A stretch of 58,184 nucleotides of DNA, from positions 1 through 58,184 of IMG/VR virus record IMGVR_UViG_3300025862_000141, one strand, 5' to 3'. Positions 1 to 8,641 of the stretch are shown here, one piece after another. A program made the position numbers and the translations under genes. Every line of letters starts with the position of its first letter. Within the stretch, counting starts at the first letter, position 1. The notes under the pieces were generated by a model. The model saw only the letters and a program-made list of their open reading frames with translations, searched no databases and was not told the origin of the DNA. This stretch comes from a virus (lineage: Duplodnaviria; Caudoviricetes).

Positions 1-9
1 ACACCATGT

Positions 10-246
10 ATGGATTGTCACAGAAAATTTCCAGCTACTGCAATGGATTTTGATCATGTACGTGGGAAAAATAGGGCGATATCGGCTTTGGTTAGTGGCG
101 CATATAAATTAGCATTGATTTTAGAAGAAATAAAACTTTGTGATATTGTTTGTGCGTGTTGCCATAGGATTAGAACGGCGGCACGAAAACAGAATCATGC
201 CCCGAACAAACGACAGAAAAATCTAACGATTGTGGCACGAGGATAA
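10..246 (+). CDS. HNH-like endonuclease, probably truncated by the window edge
   Basis: C..DC...MDFDHVRG...EEIKLCDIVCACCHRIRT matches a short phage HNH pattern; the frame appears open upstream of position 10. Confidence 0.7.
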   Translation: MDCHRKFPATAMDFDHVRGKNRAISALVSGAYKLALILEEIKLCDIVCACCHRIRTAARKQNHAPNKRQKNLTIVARG

Positions 247-247
247 T

Positions 248-517
248 ATGCGAACTCCAACATGGATCCGAGATAGTGGAAATTATGCGCATCCTGAAAC
301 TAAAGGTGGGCGCGAAGCGGTTTTTCTTAAACAGGCGTTACTTATTGCATTACACGTATTGCATAACATGAAAAAAGATCACACCATGGATCCAGATCGT
401 GATTGTTTAGGATGTGACTTTGGTCCGTGTAATTCCACAAAACATCATCCGGGGTGTGTTTACTTATGTGCGGTTCAGGCATTGAATAAGATAAGAAAAA
501 TTGGCAAGAGCTTGTGA
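248..517 (+). CDS. Hypothetical protein, Cys/His-rich
   Basis: ATG at 248 after GAGG, directly after the previous stop; CxxC and HHxxC patterns. Confidence 0.55.
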   Translation: MRTPTWIRDSGNYAHPETKGGREAVFLKQALLIALHVLHNMKKDHTMDPDRDCLGCDFGPCNSTKHHPGCVYLCAVQALNKIRKIGKSL

Positions 518-529
518 TCGGGAGGGAGT

Positions 530-736
530 GTGACTAAGATAACTGAAACGCAAGAATTGATTCTTAGGTGTATGCCGTTTGATGTGTTTATTTCCCCAAC
601 GAAAATAGCTCATTTAGTTTTTGGTCAGGAATCTCACAAACATTCGGCGTGGGCTAGTCCAATTTGTTTGCGTATGGTTAAAGCGAAATTGTTGAAACGA
701 AGTAAAAAAGGGCACTACAAAAAAGTTTATTACTAA
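530..736 (+). CDS. Small winged-HTH-like protein
   Basis: GGGAGGGA Shine-Dalgarno; SPTKIA...LRMVKAKLLKRSKKGHY resembles a wHTH helix and wing. Confidence 0.5.
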   Translation: MTKITETQELILRCMPFDVFISPTKIAHLVFGQESHKHSAWASPICLRMVKAKLLKRSKKGHYKKVYY

Positions 737-933
737 TGAATGAACAAATAGCCATGATGGTTTTAGCGAAGAATATTATGGACAAGTGGGAAGGGATTCC
801 ACGTAGTGGTGTGACGATTGATATTGCATATTTATGTGCGGAGATAGATGAAAAAGAAGCCATTGTGAAAGAACGAGATTTGTTGCGGAACGAATTAGCG
901 AATCAGAATCAGAATCAGAAACATAAAAAATAG
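736..933 (+). CDS. Hypothetical protein
   Basis: TAATG-coupled to the upstream ORF. Confidence 0.5.
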   Translation: MNEQIAMMVLAKNIMDKWEGIPRSGVTIDIAYLCAEIDEKEAIVKERDLLRNELANQNQNQKHKK

Positions 934-936
934 TTG

Positions 937-965
937 TTGCGTTCCATAACATAATATGTTATAGT
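937..965 (+). promoter_or_regulatory. Sigma70-like promoter overlapped by a 17-bp palindromic operator
   Basis: TTGCGT(937-942)-17 bp-TATAGT(960-965) with extended TG; ATAACATA-A-TATGTTAT palindrome at 946-962. Confidence 0.7.
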
Positions 966-1039
966 TCTGTCAGAAGTTAGAAATCGGGCACGGTAGGGTG
1001 AAGTCAAACCCACAGTAGCCCTTAACTAGGAGACACACC

Positions 1040-2206
1040 TTGGAATTGTTTCGAGCCTCTCAGCAATGGAGCACCAGACCCGCCGATGAAAGATTCTCAA
1101 CTCTAGCCGAAATGCGTAAGGCTTGCAGAGCATACGCTGATAGTGCCGTAACCTCTACAGTATCTCCGACAGACATACGTGTTGAGACTGTTGATGGTGA
1201 AGTTCAATTGACTGGACGTTCTGGACGCAACGCACGATTGACGCATTGGTCGTTTGGACAATTGGCGCGAACCGTTGGCGCACCTGCTGAATACTTGCGG
1301 AATCTACCTGCTACGTTGGCTGTCCAAAATCTCAATTATGGATTGAAGGAACGATCTGGGATTGAAAGTGACGACGCGCCGAAATCCAAATTGCTTTTTC
1401 ATCAGAATGGTGATTTGCTGTTACGCGCTATTACTGGTGAAGGGTACACGCGCATTTGGAATTATGAAGTCGTGGAGCGGCTGGAACGGTTAGCGGTTAA
1501 TGGATGGCGGGTGCCGCCGGCACGTCCTGCGTTGTTAGAGCAGCCTGGAACACGACCCGCGACAGAAGCTGATGTGCTTGAATTTGGAGGCGTATCAGGA
1601 TTGTCTGTTAAGGTAGGAGATTTGATTGCACCTGCTGGACTTTATGCGAGTGATCACGACATGTTCGCGTATCTAATAAATGAAACTTATCGTATAAAGG
1701 ATGGAACCGAACAAGGATTGAGTCGTGGGTTCTTTGTAGAGAACAGTGAAGTGGGTGGTGGTGCGTTTCGTGTTACGACGTTCTTGTATAGATTTACCTG
1801 TGGGAATCATATTGTGTTCGGAGCACAAAACGTTCGTGAGATTAGCATACGTCACGTTGGTAACGCTGATGATAGAGCGTGGGCACATTTATCAGTTGAG
1901 ATCAAAAAATACGCTGATAGTTCTGTTAGTGATATTGAAGCCAAGATTGTGAATGCAAAGCAGTATGAGATTGCGGCTACTAAGGATGACGTGTTGGATA
2001 CGTTGTTCAATCTGCGTATTGGATCACGCAAGATGTTGACTGAAGCGTATGACGTGGCTGAGGCAAACGTGGACACTGATGGGTCACCGCGTTCAGCGTG
2101 GGGAATGTGTCAGGCGGTTACTCGTCTTAGTCAAAAAACACCGTTTGCTGATAAGCGGGCAGAACTGGATAGAGCTGGATCAAAGATACTCGAAATTGTT
2201 TTTTAA
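1040..2206 (+). CDS. DUF932-like phage/plasmid protein
   Basis: QWSTRPADERF, LTHWSFGQLA, LYASDHDMF, RGFFVENSEVG and YRFTCGNH..H motifs; AGGAG upstream of a TTG start. Confidence 0.75.
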   Translation: MELFRASQQWSTRPADERFSTLAEMRKACRAYADSAVTSTVSPTDIRVETVDGEVQLTGRSGRNARLTHWSFGQLARTVGAPAEYLRNLPATLAVQNLNYGLKERSGIESDDAPKSKLLFHQNGDLLLRAITGEGYTRIWNYEVVERLERLAVNGWRVPPARPALLEQPGTRPATEADVLEFGGVSGLSVKVGDLIAPAGLYASDHDMFAYLINETYRIKDGTEQGLSRGFFVENSEVGGGAFRVTTFLYRFTCGNHIVFGAQNVREISIRHVGNADDRAWAHLSVEIKKYADSSVSDIEAKIVNAKQYEIAATKDDVLDTLFNLRIGSRKMLTEAYDVAEANVDTDGSPRSAWGMCQAVTRLSQKTPFADKRAELDRAGSKILEIVF

Positions 2207-2209
2207 GTA

Positions 2210-2254
2210 GTCCCTCAACTTTGCCTCCCTTTGGGGAGGCAGGGATGGAGGGAT
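2210..2254 (+). promoter_or_regulatory. Strong hairpin, either a terminator or an RBS-sequestering structure
   Basis: TGCCTCCC-TTTG-GGGAGGCA inner stem (2222-2241) plus outer GTCCCTC/GAGGGAT pairing that covers the next gene's Shine-Dalgarno. Confidence 0.6.
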
Positions 2255-2256
2255 TT

Positions 2257-2913
2257 ATGAATTTAATCGGACTTAGGTTTAACAGATTAGTTGTTATTTG
2301 AGATGTAGGAATCCAGAAAAAACGTCATTATGTTGAGTGTATATGTGATTGTGGTAATCAGCGTGTTATTAGGATTGATAGTTTACTATCGGACAAGATT
2401 TTATCTTGTGGTTGTTTTAGAGATGAAATGAAAAGGAAGAGAGTTCCGTTAGAAGTTCGTTTTCTTAAAAAAGTTAAAAAAATTGAATCGGGGTGCTGGA
2501 TTTTTTTAGGGGCGCAAGACTCTCGTGGTTATGGAAAAATAGGCGAGGGAGGTAGATTTGGTAAAACAACAGCCGCACATCGGGTTTCGTATCAGATACA
2601 TTATGGACCAATTCCCGATGGCAAATTTGTTTTACATTCTTGTGATGTGCCTCTTTGTGTTAATCCAGCACATCTTTGGTTAGGGACGCAGAAGGAAAAT
2701 ATACATGATTGTATAAGTAAAGGACGAAATCATTGTCTTGTTCCTACAAAGTTATTTGGTGAAGATCACCCACGACATAAATTGACTGCGGACCAAGTAC
2801 GTGCTATTCGTGAATCTGTTGAATCACAAGCAAAAATTGCGATGCAGTTTGGAATAACTCAAAGTCAGGTTTCTCGAATAAAGCGTGGAATACATTGGAT
2901 TAAAAAACATTGA
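2257..2913 (+). pseudogene. HNH homing endonuclease with an in-frame TGA at codon 15 (a restart at ATG 2428 may give a 161-aa product)
   Basis: From ATG 2257: MNLIGLRFNRLVVI*DVG...CICDCG...SCGC continues in frame into CWIF..GYG..AHRVSY..LHSCDVPLCVNPAHL; C-terminal HTH. Confidence 0.75.
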
Positions 2914-2924
2914 TCCGAAAGTTC

Positions 2925-2961
2925 TTGACGCTTAATTTCTAATATGTTATATTATGTTTGT
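2925..2961 (+). promoter_or_regulatory. Sigma70-like promoter carrying the repeated phage motif
   Basis: TTGACG-17 bp-TATATT with extended TG; 23-mer CTAATATGTTATATTATGTTTGT identical to 6487-6509. Confidence 0.75.
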
Positions 2962-2976
2962 CAGACAGGAGGCACT

Positions 2977-3279
2977 ATGAAAACCAAATCAAAGAAAATT
3001 TTGTTGCCGTTGACTCGTAGGCCCAAGGAACGGGATTGTGATGTGGAACTTTGTGACGCCAATGGTTTTGATTTGGTTTATGTGAATAAGTATGCCGAAT
3101 CCTTTAAAGATAAACAAGACATTGCGTATGCGGATCAGATCTGTGAAGCGGTCAACAATTTTGATGAAGCTAAAGAAATTATCAGACAGGTACATTCGTT
3201 GCTTTATAAGTTGGATCAGCGTAAATCGCCATTGGCTCTTAAGATCAGACAGTTTCTTTCTAAACTAAAGGAGAAATAA
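2977..3279 (+). CDS. Hypothetical protein
   Basis: AGGAGG then ATG 2977, directly downstream of the promoter. Confidence 0.65.
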   Translation: MKTKSKKILLPLTRRPKERDCDVELCDANGFDLVYVNKYAESFKDKQDIAYADQICEAVNNFDEAKEIIRQVHSLLYKLDQRKSPLALKIRQFLSKLKEK

Positions 3280-3281
3280 CC

Positions 3282-3947
3282 ATGAGCTATTCCACCATGA
3301 CCGAAGCCGAACGCGAAGCGTCTAGCCGAGACTATGAAACGAAGTTAGCGGCAGAACGGCTTGAAAAGAAACGTAAGTGGAATCTGGTCAAAGGTAAATT
3401 AACCTTAGCCTTGAAAAGTTTGGGTTTGGCGGCTGATGTGCGTGATGATGACTGGGGTACTGGTGGGCATGTTGAAGCGAAATCTTCTGTTTTTTCGCCA
3501 GTCTATTTATCGTTTTCATGGGACCGTTATGGGTCTAAGGGCCGTGTGGACGTTAGCGTGGGGGCGCGAGACGGCGTGTATCAGCACATGTATCACCATG
3601 GCGAAGAACGAGTGTCTATTTCGTTTGATGGCAGTAAGACCGCTGAAGCTATGGCGTCTGATATCAAGCGGCGTATTCTTTTTCATTTTCAAACTGTTAT
3701 TGCGCGAACCCAGAAGCGTGTTGAAGATGCGAATAGCCGTGAAACCACGAAGATCACAGTTCTAAGGCAGTTGAAGGGATCTGCACTGGATGAGTATGAA
3801 ACCAAGAATGGCAAAGTTCGTTTGGATATTACGGATGGGTGGGGTGATGTGACCTATTCTGATGAGACACATGCCTCTATTGATTTACACGGGATTCCTT
3901 TGGAACAGGTTCTGCGGATTCTGGAAATCGTGCGGGTGAAATCATGA
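3282..3947 (+). CDS. Hypothetical protein
   Basis: AAGGAG Shine-Dalgarno; 221 aa ORF. Confidence 0.7.
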   Translation: MSYSTMTEAEREASSRDYETKLAAERLEKKRKWNLVKGKLTLALKSLGLAADVRDDDWGTGGHVEAKSSVFSPVYLSFSWDRYGSKGRVDVSVGARDGVYQHMYHHGEERVSISFDGSKTAEAMASDIKRRILFHFQTVIARTQKRVEDANSRETTKITVLRQLKGSALDEYETKNGKVRLDITDGWGDVTYSDETHASIDLHGIPLEQVLRILEIVRVKS

Positions 3948-4291
3948 GACATTTTTATAAGGATGATGCGAAAGATTTGAAAGCGGATAAGTGGATGCTG
4001 GATCTATTGAAACTGAATCCAGCGTATACGAGTTGGGGGCCTTACGAAGATTATATGAGTGGCCCGAAAGACGGGTGGAGTTCGCCGCAGTTTCGTGATG
4101 GCTGGAAAGCCTGTGATTTCGGCTTGGACGATTTAAACGAGGTCGTTAACTTCTACTTTGAGATTGAACGCGCCAATAAGCGATTGGAAACAGGATTAAT
4201 GCGGGTCAATGAACGATACTTTGTTGATCTGTTACCCGTGAGTAAGTATAAAGTTGGTGATACGAGAATAGGGAGGGAGTATGGCAATTAG
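3944..4291 (+). CDS. Hypothetical protein
   Basis: ATGA overlap with the upstream gene. Confidence 0.6.
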   Translation: MRHFYKDDAKDLKADKWMLDLLKLNPAYTSWGPYEDYMSGPKDGWSSPQFRDGWKACDFGLDDLNEVVNFYFEIERANKRLETGLMRVNERYFVDLLPVSKYKVGDTRIGREYGN

Positions 4292-4451
4292 TGCGGCAAG
4301 CAAACATAGAAAATGTACGTGTGACCATTCGATTATGAACCATAAATCTGATGAGGCTGATGGTGTGCGATGTCAAAAATGTGATTGTAGTCGTTTTGTA
4401 GATCGAGGCAGTAAAAGTATTGGGAAAGAGACGATCAGAAATGAATTGTGA
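4281..4451 (+). CDS. 56-aa Cys/His zinc-finger microprotein (not in the ORF track)
   Basis: GGGAGGGAG then ATG 4281; MAISAASKHRKCTCDHSIMNH...RCQKCDCSRF. Confidence 0.6.
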   Translation: MAISAASKHRKCTCDHSIMNHKSDEADGVRCQKCDCSRFVDRGSKSIGKETIRNEL

Positions 4452-4737
4452 TTTTCGGACATGTGGTCATTCAAAGGCAGATCATTTAGATTCTTTCGGT
4501 GTTGGTGGTGTTTGTTGGGCATGTAGATCGGCTTTTTTGCGCCAACGATTGCCAGATCATAATCCTGTAATTTATCACGATTATGTGTCCGTTAAAGAGA
4601 GGAGTATCTGTATGTTCAAAGGAATAGCGCGAGGAATTGGAATTGGCAATTTGGTGCTTCTTCTAATGGGACTAACGCTTGGGGTATGTGGTTTTGGATT
4701 GTTGGTGCATTTAGTGATTCGGGCGTTTGCAGGATAG
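4441..4737 (+). CDS. Zinc-finger protein with a C-terminal transmembrane segment
   Basis: CDFRTCGHSKADH...CWAC followed by a hydrophobic C-terminus. Confidence 0.5.
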   Translation: MNCDFRTCGHSKADHLDSFGVGGVCWACRSAFLRQRLPDHNPVIYHDYVSVKERSICMFKGIARGIGIGNLVLLLMGLTLGVCGFGLLVHLVIRAFAG

Positions 4738-4741
4738 TGGC

Positions 4742-5110
4742 ATGAGTCTTGTATCTACATGGGTAGAAGCCACGGACGGCCGGTATTATCAGAACCCGGT
4801 TCTTGAAGGACCAGGTTGGTTCATTTGTTTTGACGATGATGATCCTCCTGAATTGGTGGTGACAAAAAGAAATCTGCGAACGTTTCAGCAGATTCTTCAA
4901 GATGCAAAGATCCCTTGGAAAAGTATTGGACTGGGGTGCGGTTCGGGTACTGGAAATTTAATCTTCAACGGTAAATTTAAAGAGGCAAAGGCCACGTTTT
5001 TTGAATTGGCGGGGCCTATTCCTATTCCGCAGAGATTTGATTCGGTACATGATAATCCAGAGGGACAGGGATGCTACTATCGGTTTAGTAAAAAGAGGCA
5101 TGGAGCATGA
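4742..5110 (+). CDS. Hypothetical protein
   Basis: Fills the gap on the coding strand; ATG at 4742 after AGGA. Confidence 0.55.
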   Translation: MSLVSTWVEATDGRYYQNPVLEGPGWFICFDDDDPPELVVTKRNLRTFQQILQDAKIPWKSIGLGCGSGTGNLIFNGKFKEAKATFFELAGPIPIPQRFDSVHDNPEGQGCYYRFSKKRHGA

Positions 5111-5289
5111 AAAATCCAAAGCCATTTTTAGGTTATTCTACTGGGTACAAACGACGGTTTTATTATGCGGATGACCTAGGGGCTATTTTGAAGCGATATC
5201 GTCGAATTAAGCATATTACGAAGAAAGAGTGTTATGAAAAATACTCTGCAAATGGATACATTGCGCCGATTTGGGTGGGTTATGAATAA
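5107..5289 (+). CDS. Hypothetical small protein
   Basis: GGAG Shine-Dalgarno and ATGA overlap. Confidence 0.5.
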   Translation: MKNPKPFLGYSTGYKRRFYYADDLGAILKRYRRIKHITKKECYEKYSANGYIAPIWVGYE

Positions 5290-5328
5290 AAGGCTGGTTG
5301 TTGGTTTTGTTGATAAACCAAAGGAACG

Positions 5329-6126
5329 ATGACTACCCTTAAACTGATGAATCTGCTCAAGGCTCGTTATGGCCCCCCTGATTGGGGGTTGCTTGAAGAA
5401 GTACGCGATGGGACTGGTTTTGCGACCGCAGGACGGTCTATGGACGCGTTGGCGTTTGGGTTCTGGCCCAGCCGTGGTCTTGAAATCATTGGATTTGAGT
5501 TAAAGGTTAGCCGGAGTGATTGGCAACGGGAATTAGCAAAGCCAGAAAAATGTGAATCGTTTTTTAAGTACGTTGACCGATGGTACATGGTATTTGCGGA
5601 CGACAAAATTCTTAGACCTGGGGAATTGCCTTCAACCTGGGGTGCGTTGGTGCCGCGTGGCGACAAGTTGATGTGTAAGGTGGAAGCCCCTAAATTAGAG
5701 TCAGAACCTGTAAACCGTTTGTTTTTGATGTCCATCGTGCGGAATTTTCAAAAGAATTGGGTGGCAAAAAGTGTTTTAGATGAACGTGTGAAGTCAGAAA
5801 CAGCGGTGAAGATTGAAAAATCTATTGATGCAGCAAAGAACAGCATGCAATTCCAATTAGCGGAATTTAAGCGGTTGACTGATAAGGTGACGCGATTCAA
5901 GGAAAGTTCTGGTGTTGATATTGAAGGCGAATGGGATGTTAAGGGTATTGGGGAAGCTGTTAAATTTGTGCACCAGCATGGGCCTAGCGAGATATTAACG
6001 CAATTGGAATATGTTGGTAAGGATCTGGCACGAATATCTTTGGCTATGGAAACAGCGCGGGTACGAGCCGCTACGGAATTTGAAAAATTTAAAGAAGGAC
6101 AACATGAGCCTGACGCCGAAAATTAA
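5329..6126 (+). CDS. PD-(D/E)XK nuclease-fold protein (MmcB-like)
   Basis: EEV..GTG...MDALAFGFWPSRG.EIIGFELKVSRSDWQREL..P.K motif. Confidence 0.7.
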   Translation: MTTLKLMNLLKARYGPPDWGLLEEVRDGTGFATAGRSMDALAFGFWPSRGLEIIGFELKVSRSDWQRELAKPEKCESFFKYVDRWYMVFADDKILRPGELPSTWGALVPRGDKLMCKVEAPKLESEPVNRLFLMSIVRNFQKNWVAKSVLDERVKSETAVKIEKSIDAAKNSMQFQLAEFKRLTDKVTRFKESSGVDIEGEWDVKGIGEAVKFVHQHGPSEILTQLEYVGKDLARISLAMETARVRAATEFEKFKEGQHEPDAEN

Positions 6127-6466
6127 ATCGTTAACGCTTGTTTATGATCATACGGAACGTGTGTTTCATACTGTGGAAGATGCTGACACACAGGTATTGG
6201 TATGGGCACATGACTGGATGGATACCGATCTTGTAGAAATTGACTGTGAAATAAAATTCATCAATGGAGTTATTGCGCGTGGTGACATTGTGCTTCAGCG
6301 AGACTCTGTATACCATGAACATGGGTTTATTCGTGCTGTTACGGCAATGGCGACGTTAGCAGAACAAGTGCGAGACTTTCCAAAAGATGTCGGTGAACAG
6401 ATGCTCAAGGTGCATAACTTTCATCCTGACCGTATGGCACAAATGGATAATTATGGAAACAATTAA
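6104..6466 (+). CDS. Hypothetical protein
   Basis: AAGGA then ATG 6104. Confidence 0.55.
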   Translation: MSLTPKIKSLTLVYDHTERVFHTVEDADTQVLVWAHDWMDTDLVEIDCEIKFINGVIARGDIVLQRDSVYHEHGFIRAVTAMATLAEQVRDFPKDVGEQMLKVHNFHPDRMAQMDNYGNN

Positions 6467-6471
6467 ATGTG

Positions 6472-6509
6472 TTGATAGCCCTGCAACTAATATGTTATAT
6501 TATGTTTGT
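6472..6509 (+). promoter_or_regulatory. Sigma70-like promoter carrying the repeated phage motif
   Basis: TTGATA-18 bp-TATATT; 23-mer identical to 2939-2961. Confidence 0.7.
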
Positions 6510-6533
6510 AGCTAATGATAGAGGGGGATTGAT

Positions 6534-6737
6534 ATGAAGAATGTTAAATTGTTTTTAGTTTCGGGGTTGATTATTGTTCATCATGTCACATTGAAAGAGT
6601 TGGCGTTTACTAAGGCAACGAACTATCCTTGTCCATCTATTGATCTTGCGAATTGTTCTAGGAAAGCAGACATAACGTTTACTAGTGTGAAAGCGGGTAC
6701 AGTTAAAGTTGCTCTTTTGGTGAGGCATCATGGGTAA
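6534..6737 (+). CDS. Hypothetical small protein
   Basis: GAGGGGG Shine-Dalgarno downstream of the promoter. Confidence 0.5.
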   Translation: MKNVKLFLVSGLIIVHHVTLKELAFTKATNYPCPSIDLANCSRKADITFTSVKAGTVKVALLVRHHG

Positions 6738-6917
6738 ACCTGTTTATTATACAGTTTCAATTGTTATTCAAAATGGAAGTTTTAAAGGGAGTAAATAATT
6801 ATGCATTTTTTTTATGACGGTAAATACTACTTGGTTTTTTCTGATGGTATTAAGTATGAAGTCCAAAAAGATTTATGGGAACGTATAAAAAAATTGAAAG
6901 AAAATGAGGGGTAAATC

Positions 6918-7703
6918 ATGAAAAATAAATTAGAACTAACAGAACGCCGCATGAAAGCATTTTTGGCGACGAATAATTTTCCGAGTGATCTCAAAGCCGC
7001 AGGATGGCGTCCGAGTGATTTCGTATCCGTAGGATGGCGTCCGAGTGATTTCGTATCCGCAGGATGGTGTCTGAGTGATTTCGTATCCGTAGGATGGCGT
7101 CTGAGTGATTTCGTATCCGCAGGATGGTGTCTGAGTGATTTCGTATCCGCAGGATGGCGTCTGAGTGATTTCGTATCCGTAGGATGGCGTCTGAGTGATT
7201 TCGTATCCGCAGGATGGCGTCTGAGTGATTTCGTATCCGCAGGATGGTGTCCGAGTGATCTCAAGGCCGCAGGATGGCGTCCGAGTGATCTCAAAGCCGC
7301 AGGATGGCGTCCGAGTGATCTCAAAGCCGCAGGATGGTGTCTGAGTGATTTCAAAGCTGTTCAAGCGGAATGGGATTCTATTCCTATTCTGAAAAAGCCC
7401 TATGCTCATTTGCTTTCTGATATCAAAGAAGGAAAAAGGATACATGATCAATCAACTTATGGTCCTAATCTAGATCCAAAAGAAAACTTGTGTGGAACGC
7501 ATATGTGTACTGCGGGTCATCTTGTTAATATGGCTGGGGAGATTGGATATAGGCTCAAAGAAAAATATGGCTGGGCTGTCGCGGCGATGTTGATACATAA
7601 AAAATCAAGGCCAGATGTTTCTCCTCAAATTTTTGGGGCAATTCCACAAGAATTTGCTATGGCTTACATCGAAGAGAGGGCTGCGGAAGAAGAGAGTCAA
7701 TAG
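6918..7703 (+). CDS. Decapeptide-repeat protein with a C-terminal CxxxxCxAG domain
   Basis: 12 copies of [P/L]SD[LK/FV][A/S][A/V]GW[R/C], then CGTHMCTAGH...AGE.GY.L...AAMLIH; GAGGGG Shine-Dalgarno. Confidence 0.8.
   Translation: MKNKLELTERRMKAFLATNNFPSDLKAAGWRPSDFVSVGWRPSDFVSAGWCLSDFVSVGWRLSDFVSAGWCLSDFVSAGWRLSDFVSVGWRLSDFVSAGWRLSDFVSAGWCPSDLKAAGWRPSDLKAAGWRPSDLKAAGWCLSDFKAVQAEWDSIPILKKPYAHLLSDIKEGKRIHDQSTYGPNLDPKENLCGTHMCTAGHLVNMAGEIGYRLKEKYGWAVAAMLIHKKSRPDVSPQIFGAIPQEFAMAYIEERAAEEESQ
6981..7358 (+). repeat. 30-bp coding tandem repeat, 12 full units plus a partial 13th
   Basis: Units such as CCGAGTGATCTCAAAGCCGCAGGATGGCGT and CTGAGTGATTTCGTATCCGCAGGATGGCGT, head to tail with no spacers. 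Confidence 0.98.
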
Positions 7704-7864
7704 CGATGAAACCTCTTGAACAAGAAAATATGGAACATGGGATTGATATTTTAGTTGTAGGCGGCACATTTTTGTTTTTCCTTGTGCCATTTATGATTGT
7801 GGGTCTTTTTCGTGGAGTAATTTCCGCATGGGTTTTTGCTTGGGAAGGAACGAAAGATTAATCA

Positions 7865-8326
7865 ATGACGATTCGAGCACGTTTGAAGAAGAAAGCGAAT
7901 AGGATTATTAAACGTGCGGAAGGCAGAGAATTTACGTCATCGGAGAGCGAATTTTTGCATATGGTGAATACGTTAGTTCAATGGCAGATGATTTCGGCAT
8001 TTTATCGAAGAGAAAATTGTGTGGGTGGAATAATGCGATATCAACCAGAGACACATACGGGCACACGCGAAGAAATCCTGCGTGGATTAATCACAGAGTT
8101 CAATAGTGTCATGCATAGTGGAACATTGAGACTTCATGCGCAGGATCGTGAATCGGAACGTATCTACGATGCCATTAAGACTCATGGTGTGTTGCTGATG
8201 GGAGATGGCTTGAAGTGGTTTGCTGTAGAGCATAAGCCCGAGTGCGTACCCTATTGGAAAGACGACGGGGTTTGGGAGAAGGACTGTTCCTGCCCGAACA
8301 TTGTTGAAGTTGACGGCACTATCTAG
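7865..8326 (+). CDS. Hypothetical protein
   Basis: 153 aa ORF on the coding strand; start uncertain. Confidence 0.5.
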   Translation: MTIRARLKKKANRIIKRAEGREFTSSESEFLHMVNTLVQWQMISAFYRRENCVGGIMRYQPETHTGTREEILRGLITEFNSVMHSGTLRLHAQDRESERIYDAIKTHGVLLMGDGLKWFAVEHKPECVPYWKDDGVWEKDCSCPNIVEVDGTI

Positions 8327-8335
8327 GGGGATACG

Positions 8336-8527
8336 ATGACAATGGCAAATCTCAAACTTAATAAGTATCAATTGACACCAACGTTAGATGCTCAAGGTAA
8401 CCGTTGGGTACAGAGATGTGCATATTGTGATAAGGTGGTTGATTATAAGCGTGATCATAAAGAATCGTATATACGCTTAGAAAAATTGGTGCGGCATCGA
8501 AAGTGTGTACCACCACCGTTACGTTAA
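8336..8527 (+). CDS. Small zinc-binding protein
   Basis: CAYC...HRKC; AGGGGG Shine-Dalgarno. Confidence 0.55.
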   Translation: MTMANLKLNKYQLTPTLDAQGNRWVQRCAYCDKVVDYKRDHKESYIRLEKLVRHRKCVPPPLR

Positions 8528-8641
8528 ATAATGTTTTGGTTTTTTATATTTTGGCTGTATTTCTTTTGAGTGTCAGTATAGGTGTGTTGGTAGATAGACG
8601 ACTGTGCCTACGTTCTAAAAATAAGGTTAGGTGAATGAGTT

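Noticed and set aside
901-918. AATCAG x3 microsatellite
   Set aside because: Only 18 bp, encoding NQNQNQ at the end of a small ORF; no sign of function.
960-1040. tRNA or structured ncRNA in intergenic gaps
   Set aside because: No cloverleaf or T-loop consensus was seen here or in the other short gaps; a covariance-model search would be needed to exclude small RNAs.
6981-7358. CRISPR array
   Set aside because: Units are head to tail with no unique spacers, are in frame within an ORF, and no cas genes are present.
6827-7451. Two long minus-strand ORFs over the repeat
   Set aside because: A 30-bp unit lacking stops in those frames automatically gives long ORFs; no other support.
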